Source of the DNA: a virus
Reading direction: 5' to 3' (one strand)
DNA length: 53,693 nucleotides
Virus genome (UHGV): UHGV-0129084
The notes under the pieces were generated by a model. The model saw only the letters and a program-made list of their open reading frames with translations. It did not search any database and was not told where the DNA came from. Positions 48,723 through 53,693 of the stretch are shown piece by piece. Each line of letters starts with the position of its first letter. The first letter of the stretch is position 1. A program made the translations under genes and the position numbers.

Positions 48723-49244
48723 GTGGATAATATAAAGATAGAAATTTTCTCTGGAGAGAAACATTATGATTTGAATGGTTTTGATTGCGGTGAAGAATCA
48801 CTAAATGCCTTTTTAACCAACCACTTAAAAAGGCAGCATGAGGGAAAAATTCTTCGCGCTTATGTGCTTTGCACGAAAGAAGGCAGACCAAAAGTGTTAG
48901 GGTATTACACTTTGTCAGGTAGCTGCTTTGAAAAGGAGTCCTTACCTTCAAGAAGCCAGCAAAAGAAGGTACCTTATCGGAATGTTCCAAGTGTTACTTT
49001 GGGTAGGCTGGCTTTGGACAAGTCCCTTCAAGGTCAAGGATTTGGCTCAATGCTTGTAACACATGCAATGCGCGTTGTGTACAATGCATCTCTTGCTGTA
49101 GGCATTCATGGACTTTTCGTTGAGGCGTTAAATGACAAAGCCAAGGCGTTTTATAAAAGTTTAGACTTTATCCAGCTGGTTGGTAACAACGAGCGTTCTT
49201 TGTTCTATCCTACAAAATCTATCGAAAAATTGTTCGAAGAATAA
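48723..49244 (+). CDS. GNAT-family acetyltransferase toxin (TacT/AtaT-like)
   Basis: 173 aa; acetyl-CoA binding-like segment RLALDKSLQGQGFGSML; two-gene arrangement with DUF1778 antitoxin; GTG start at 48723. Confidence 0.65.
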   Translation: MDNIKIEIFSGEKHYDLNGFDCGEESLNAFLTNHLKRQHEGKILRAYVLCTKEGRPKVLGYYTLSGSCFEKESLPSRSQQKKVPYRNVPSVTLGRLALDKSLQGQGFGSMLVTHAMRVVYNASLAVGIHGLFVEALNDKAKAFYKSLDFIQLVGNNERSLFYPTKSIEKLFEE

Positions 49245-49412
49245 TGTGTTCCCCTCATTTGAGGGGAACTTCGACATCACCAACCACAAACCCTCTCTCC
49301 CATCGTATTGTGAAAAAGGATTTGGCGTTCGGTTTCTTCAGTCATTACATCATTATTGCTGATATAGATAGGCTCAGCCCCATCGCAGAACAACACGCTG
49401 GCTGTTTGTGGT

Positions 49413-49664
49413 TTAATGACGCACCCACTTATCATACAACTCACGATGAACGGCAGAAGCATCTTTCTGACGTATTTTACTGCTCGTCTCATTCACCACT
49501 TTCACTGTGTTTTGAAGTCGTTTTCTGTCTTCCTGTTTTGCCTTCTCTTCCATTGCTCGTCGCGCCGCATTCCCGCCCATCGTGTAAGCGCCGACAAGAA
49601 CGAAAAGAACGGCAGCCAGCGTAATCAAAGCAACTTTTAGCTTTGTCATCAGGCTGCCTAGCAT
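49413..49664 (-). CDS. Membrane protein with N-terminal TM helix and charged coiled-coil tail (spanin-like, speculative)
   Basis: KVALITLAAVLFVLVGAYT hydrophobic segment followed by EEKAKQEDRKRLQ. Confidence 0.35.
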   Translation of the reverse strand: MLGSLMTKLKVALITLAAVLFVLVGAYTMGGNAARRAMEEKAKQEDRKRLQNTVKVVNETSSKIRQKDASAVHRELYDKWVRH

Positions 49665-49665
49665 A

Positions 49666-50385
49666 TTAGACCATCCCTTTCTGGTGTCTTCTTACCTGCG
49701 ACCAGGCAATGAATCCGGCCACAACAATAGTGGCAATGCCGAAGATGATGCGTACTGTATCCCCGCTAGAGATATGACCTTGTGCCTTATCCATAGCAGC
49801 GGAAACCTGCGGCATAACATCGGCCAGCTGCGCCAGACCAATACCTGCTGTAACAGTTGCGCCTGCGGTTTCTTTAGTTACAGGAACAGCCTTCACGGTT
49901 TTCACCGGCTTAACAACGCCAGCTCGACGCAGACCTTCCTCAATAACTTCTGCCGCATACCAGGTGTTCAGCGTTTTTAGCGGGCCTCGGCCATTCTCGT
50001 GGCGAATGATTGCCTCAACCAAAGGTCGAAGGATGTCGTAATCATGCAGATCGATGATCATGTCTGCGGTTACACCAACGGCTTTAGACACCTCATTAAT
50101 GTAGGCGTCAGTATTGTTTTCATTCGGCGGTGCCCAACGTTCAATAACTTCACGAATGGTATCGATACTTGAGCCGTCTTTTGCGCGACGTTTGTCGTGG
50201 TAGGTAATTAGAGTCACCGCCAGCGCACGAATCCCCCAAACAGGGTCTTTAAACGTGCAAAAGCGCGGTTCGGCAGGGTTGTCGATTAGCCCCTGCCACG
50301 GCGAACCTTTGTCGAGGTTGCCAGGGTTGTTATTACGAATGCCTCTCGGAGTTTTCATCCTTGATCTCCTGTTATTGCAGTCCAC
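49666..50385 (-). CDS. Hypothetical membrane-anchored protein (239 aa), possible envelope/lysis function
   Basis: GIRNNNPGNL motif near the N-terminus, C-terminal TM segment RIIFGIATIVVAGFIAW; function not assigned. Confidence 0.35.
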   Translation of the reverse strand: MDCNNRRSRMKTPRGIRNNNPGNLDKGSPWQGLIDNPAEPRFCTFKDPVWGIRALAVTLITYHDKRRAKDGSSIDTIREVIERWAPPNENNTDAYINEVSKAVGVTADMIIDLHDYDILRPLVEAIIRHENGRGPLKTLNTWYAAEVIEEGLRRAGVVKPVKTVKAVPVTKETAGATVTAGIGLAQLADVMPQVSAAMDKAQGHISSGDTVRIIFGIATIVVAGFIAWSQVRRHQKGMV

Positions 50386-50707
50386 TTTTTACGCCATACG
50401 CGGCTAACCCCAAAAGCAGTGCGGTAATAATGAACGACGTTATTTTAGAAACAATGCCGCCAAAGAACCCACTTGAGATGGAATCTAACCGGTTAAGGAG
50501 TTTGTCCAGATTGGAGTGTTGAATACTATGTTGCGCCGGGGTCATATCACCAAAGTAGGTTTTCAGCTGATCATTGACCTCCTGGCCAATTTCTTCACGT
50601 AGCTCTTTACCTAATTTGCCAACAACCTCCCGAGCAACGATCGCGGCAATACGCTCAACTTGCTCTGTTGTAACGCCCGCCATCTCGTTCGACATGTTTT
50701 CCTCCAT
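50372..50707 (-). CDS. Tail-anchored small membrane protein (111 aa)
   Basis: Single C-terminal TM segment ITSFIITALLLGLAAYGV; overlaps the downstream gene by 14 nt. Confidence 0.35.
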   Translation of the reverse strand: MEENMSNEMAGVTTEQVERIAAIVAREVVGKLGKELREEIGQEVNDQLKTYFGDMTPAQHSIQHSNLDKLLNRLDSISSGFFGGIVSKITSFIITALLLGLAAYGVKSGLQ

Positions 50708-50769
50708 GAAAAGTCAAATCGGGATGGCGGTTTTATATCATAAAACGCCCACACTTGGTAGGTAAGTAC

Positions 50770-51615
50770 TTACACATGAGCGCCGTAAATTGCCCCAGCT
50801 TTAGTCCAAGTTGGAGCATTACCGGTAACAGCTTTACCAGCTGCGCCACCTCCGTACAATGTCCCCACTCGTCCAGTTGCAGCGGCACCAGCAGCCCCCA
50901 CATTACCTCCACTACCGCATGTATATTGGACAGCATTAGAGCCGATCACATATTGAGCGCCAATCCCGGCAGCGGTTAGAGTGCCAGAAGTTGCCGCCCG
51001 CGAATTTGAAGCTGGTGGCCTTGTAGTGTTTGCAACACCAAACGGGCGACCGCCCCCACCCATACCACCATCGAGTGAGCTACCGCCACCGCCACCGCCA
51101 CCGCCGGCAATAGCGCCATTATTGGTTATTCTTAAACGGGTCCCAATTCCGTTGTTAATAGCAGTGCCACCGGCAGCACCGCCACCTTTAACGCCACCAT
51201 TACCGCCACGGCCATAGACAGTTACACCTGCGTTGATTACCAGGCTGATATAAGAGTTGGTAAGCGAACTTGGGAAATCTAAACATGGCACGCCGCTACT
51301 GGACGACACCAGATCCCCTGTAATGGTAACAACGACTGGCGTCGCCCCCTGGGATTTTAAATAGTTGATCAGTGTGTCTTTGTTGTAGTTATGATTCGCA
51401 CCGATGCTGTACTGAACTTCTTTAGATCGCCCGGCCATTTGAGACATTGAACCAGCCGCTGGCAGTTGCACCGCCGTTCGAGCCGCACTCATCCATCTCT
51501 GGCCTGTCACACTGACAGCCGAAGACCCAATCCAACCGGGAACACCGACAATTGGCACATCTAATCTCCTTTTTGATGTGAATATCCTGAATTGGTGAGG
51601 GTGGCCCCTCACCAT
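50770..51615 (-). CDS. Glycine-rich tail-fibre-associated protein (gp38-like adhesin, speculative)
   Basis: 281 aa; poly-Gly tracts (GGGGGGGGSSLDGGMGGGGRP) separated by short segments; immediately downstream of the tail fibre gene. Confidence 0.45.
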   Translation of the reverse strand: MVRGHPHQFRIFTSKRRLDVPIVGVPGWIGSSAVSVTGQRWMSAARTAVQLPAAGSMSQMAGRSKEVQYSIGANHNYNKDTLINYLKSQGATPVVVTITGDLVSSSSGVPCLDFPSSLTNSYISLVINAGVTVYGRGGNGGVKGGGAAGGTAINNGIGTRLRITNNGAIAGGGGGGGGSSLDGGMGGGGRPFGVANTTRPPASNSRAATSGTLTAAGIGAQYVIGSNAVQYTCGSGGNVGAAGAAATGRVGTLYGGGAAGKAVTGNAPTWTKAGAIYGAHV

Positions 51616-51624
51616 TCACCTTGA

Positions 51625-53693
51625 TTACATTTTTGCCTTCAGTTCGCGCACTTCCTCGCGCAGCTCTTTGACAGCCTCGACCAACATGCCGATAACGCCG
51701 TTGTAGTTAAGACGCAGACGAGGCTCTCCTGACTGATCGTTATGGTCAACCGTTACCAGTTCAGGCTGAACATTCTGGACGTCCTGAGCGATGAGGCCGC
51801 CAGACTGCTCATACCGGTCACAGACCTGAATCTCGTACAGAACACCTTCGATCCGATCCAGCTTGTCGAGCGCTCGTTCAATCTTGCGAATATTGCGTTT
51901 GCTACGACGGTCAGAGCGGATATAAACGTCATTAAAGCTGCCATTACCGCCACAAACCCAAGTACCATCATTCTGGAGGTATGCGTTCGCATCCGTGCCG
52001 TTTTCGGTACGTGAGTTGTTGATCATGTAAAAACCAAACTGACTGTTTCCCAAGCCACCCAAGAAGAATTTGCGATCCGCGTGGTCTTGTCTCAACAACG
52101 CTTGTGCAGAGCTTGTACTTACAGCGTTCCTCCCGAAGATGACGTTCTGGTTACGCATATCTATCCACGCGCCAGAGCCGCTGTTGATGGAAAAACGGTT
52201 GGCGTAAACCCACGCACTTGACGTGATGTCACCCGTTACACTCAACGGCTTAAGGCTTTGCAGCGTGCTATTAACGAACCTAAAAACATGGGCGCTATTG
52301 GCGTAAACATCCAGAATGCCATCTCCGTTCTGTTTAAAGCCGGTGTCATTGTCACCCAGAACAATGGAATTACCGCCAAGACCATTGACCACACCCAGCC
52401 CAAGACCACCGTTAACAACAGCACCATTGCCCATTGTTACTCTGCCATTAGTGAGATCTACATAAAATGGACGAAGCGAACCTATATCACCATTTTCTCC
52501 CTGGTCTTTTGCTGTCGGGATAAGGTAAAAATTATTTTCGGAACGGCGAAAAATCATCCCGTATGCCGCATCGTAAATGCGTAACCCATCCGTAGAGCGG
52601 ATCTTAAGCTGTCCGGACATCGTACCGCCGCTGTTTTTCATAAATAGCGCATCAATCCAGCCTGCAAATCCCGACTTATTAATGTATAAATTTCCATCAT
52701 TTGCCAGAATGCCTCCACCTTGCGTCTTGAGGGGCTGACTCACATTTTGCAGCGTCAGCACACCAGTCATTGTTCCGCCAGAAATCGGTAACGCACCGAC
52801 ATCAGCCGCAGTGGGTTTATGAGCAGTGGTATAGACCTGCGCCCAACCAGACCAATTCGCTGTCGAAGTATCACGGCGTGAACGAACATAAACCGGTGCA
52901 TGAGCACCATCCGTTCCGCTCCAGCCAATAAGCAACTCGCCCTCACCAATCGCCCCAGCGCCTTTCATGTGGAGAATGTTGCCGTAGGCTGTCGGGGCGC
53001 CATTGTTGTAGGCTTCGTACATTTGAATGCCAGCAGTACCCTGAGTAGAGCCACTTAACGCCGTAACTCGGCCACGAGATACCAGTGTATTAATGTTGAT
53101 ATCGCCTGAGCCATCAAACTTAACACCATTGATGTTTCTCGCTGTTTGCAACTTCGTAGCAGTAGCCGCGTTGCCCGTTGTATTCTGATTACCGGCAGCA
53201 TTAACACCAGGCAAATTAATATTCGCAGTGCCATCGAAGCTAACACCACCGATGGTTCTTGCTGTCTGCAATTTGGTTGCTGTGCTTGCATTACCCGATA
53301 AAGATCCAGTGATACCACTACTCGCGTTTAATTTAGTTGCAATTGTAACATTGCCAGTAGAGTTACTAATTATAAACGGCCTTAAGCTATTGTACGTACC
53401 AAGACTGTTACCCGAATCTGTCAACATAAAATATGTATTTGAGCCATCATTTCGGATAAAGAATCCATAGTTGCCATAGGCAATGCGCAGACCATTCGCC
53501 GATTTTGAAATGATCTCACCAGTAGCCGTTAAACCGCCGTTGAGATTTCCTCCGGTTATTGGTAATGCGCCGACATCCGTGGCGGTCGGTTTAATGTGCG
53601 AACTGTAAATGACATATACCGTTCCATCAGTAAGACCAGTTGGTTTATTCGCTGTATAAGTTGGTGATGTATGAATCGTTACGCTGGCGTTAC
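51625..53693 (-). CDS. Tail fibre protein with C-terminal intramolecular chaperone domain (5' end beyond window)
   Basis: Reading frame stays open upstream of the first ATG (53427) to the window edge; repeated ATKLQTAR motifs; internal repeat LRIAYGNYGFFIRNDGSNTYF vs LRIYDAAYGMIFRRSENNFYL; C-terminal SDRRSKRNIRKIE...LAQDV region matches the S74-type chaperone of tail fibres/endosialidases. Confidence 0.7.
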   Translation of the reverse strand, partial: NASVTIHTSPTYTANKPTGLTDGTVYVIYSSHIKPTATDVGALPITGGNLNGGLTATGEIISKSANGLRIAYGNYGFFIRNDGSNTYFMLTDSGNSLGTYNSLRPFIISNSTGNVTIATKLNASSGITGSLSGNASTATKLQTARTIGGVSFDGTANINLPGVNAAGNQNTTGNAATATKLQTARNINGVKFDGSGDININTLVSRGRVTALSGSTQGTAGIQMYEAYNNGAPTAYGNILHMKGAGAIGEGELLIGWSGTDGAHAPVYVRSRRDTSTANWSGWAQVYTTAHKPTAADVGALPISGGTMTGVLTLQNVSQPLKTQGGGILANDGNLYINKSGFAGWIDALFMKNSGGTMSGQLKIRSTDGLRIYDAAYGMIFRRSENNFYLIPTAKDQGENGDIGSLRPFYVDLTNGRVTMGNGAVVNGGLGLGVVNGLGGNSIVLGDNDTGFKQNGDGILDVYANSAHVFRFVNSTLQSLKPLSVTGDITSSAWVYANRFSINSGSGAWIDMRNQNVIFGRNAVSTSSAQALLRQDHADRKFFLGGLGNSQFGFYMINNSRTENGTDANAYLQNDGTWVCGGNGSFNDVYIRSDRRSKRNIRKIERALDKLDRIEGVLYEIQVCDRYEQSGGLIAQDVQNVQPELVTVDHNDQSGEPRLRLNYNGVIGMLVEAVKELREEVRELKAKM

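Noticed and set aside
49413-50707. Calling the three membrane proteins holin, endolysin and spanin
   Set aside because: Topologies do not fit canonical holins (TM segments are C-terminal in two of them) and I could not assign a peptidoglycan hydrolase fold with confidence; left as membrane proteins of unknown function.

Overview
This 53.7 kb window reads as part of a large tailed-phage-like replicon that also carries plasmid maintenance functions, i.e. a phage-plasmid (the gene set resembles what I recall of SSU5/pHCM2-type elements; unverified, no search possible). Nearly all genes are on the minus strand and tightly packed, often with ATGA stop/start overlaps. They form a nucleotide-metabolism, replication and recombination block: RNase H, Dam-like MTase, DnaQ-like exonuclease, DHFR, ThyA, NrdA/NrdB, glutaredoxin, RuvC-like resolvase, SbcC/SbcD-like nuclease, RecA-like recombinase, flap endonuclease, gp32-like SSB, a DnaE-type polymerase, ATP-dependent ligase, DnaG-like primase and DnaB-like helicase. 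Plus-strand islands carry a P1-type RepA iteron replicon (GATC cluster, DnaA boxes, three iteron arrays), an XRE-type regulator, an IS911-like insertion that splits a small phage gene, a lipoprotein, and a GNAT/DUF1778 toxin-antitoxin pair. Also present are a ParA partition operon, a tyrosine recombinase, a tRNA cluster (Asn, Tyr, Thr plus one divergent tRNA-like gene) flanked by conserved long stem-loops, a CobS/CobT-like AAA+/VWA pair, and at the 3' end membrane proteins and tail-fibre genes. The best candidates for something undescribed are non-coding: a 530 bp ORF-free structured region, the tRNA-linked stem-loops, and several recurrent palindromic motifs. All calls are from reading the sequence and ORF translations; no database search was run.
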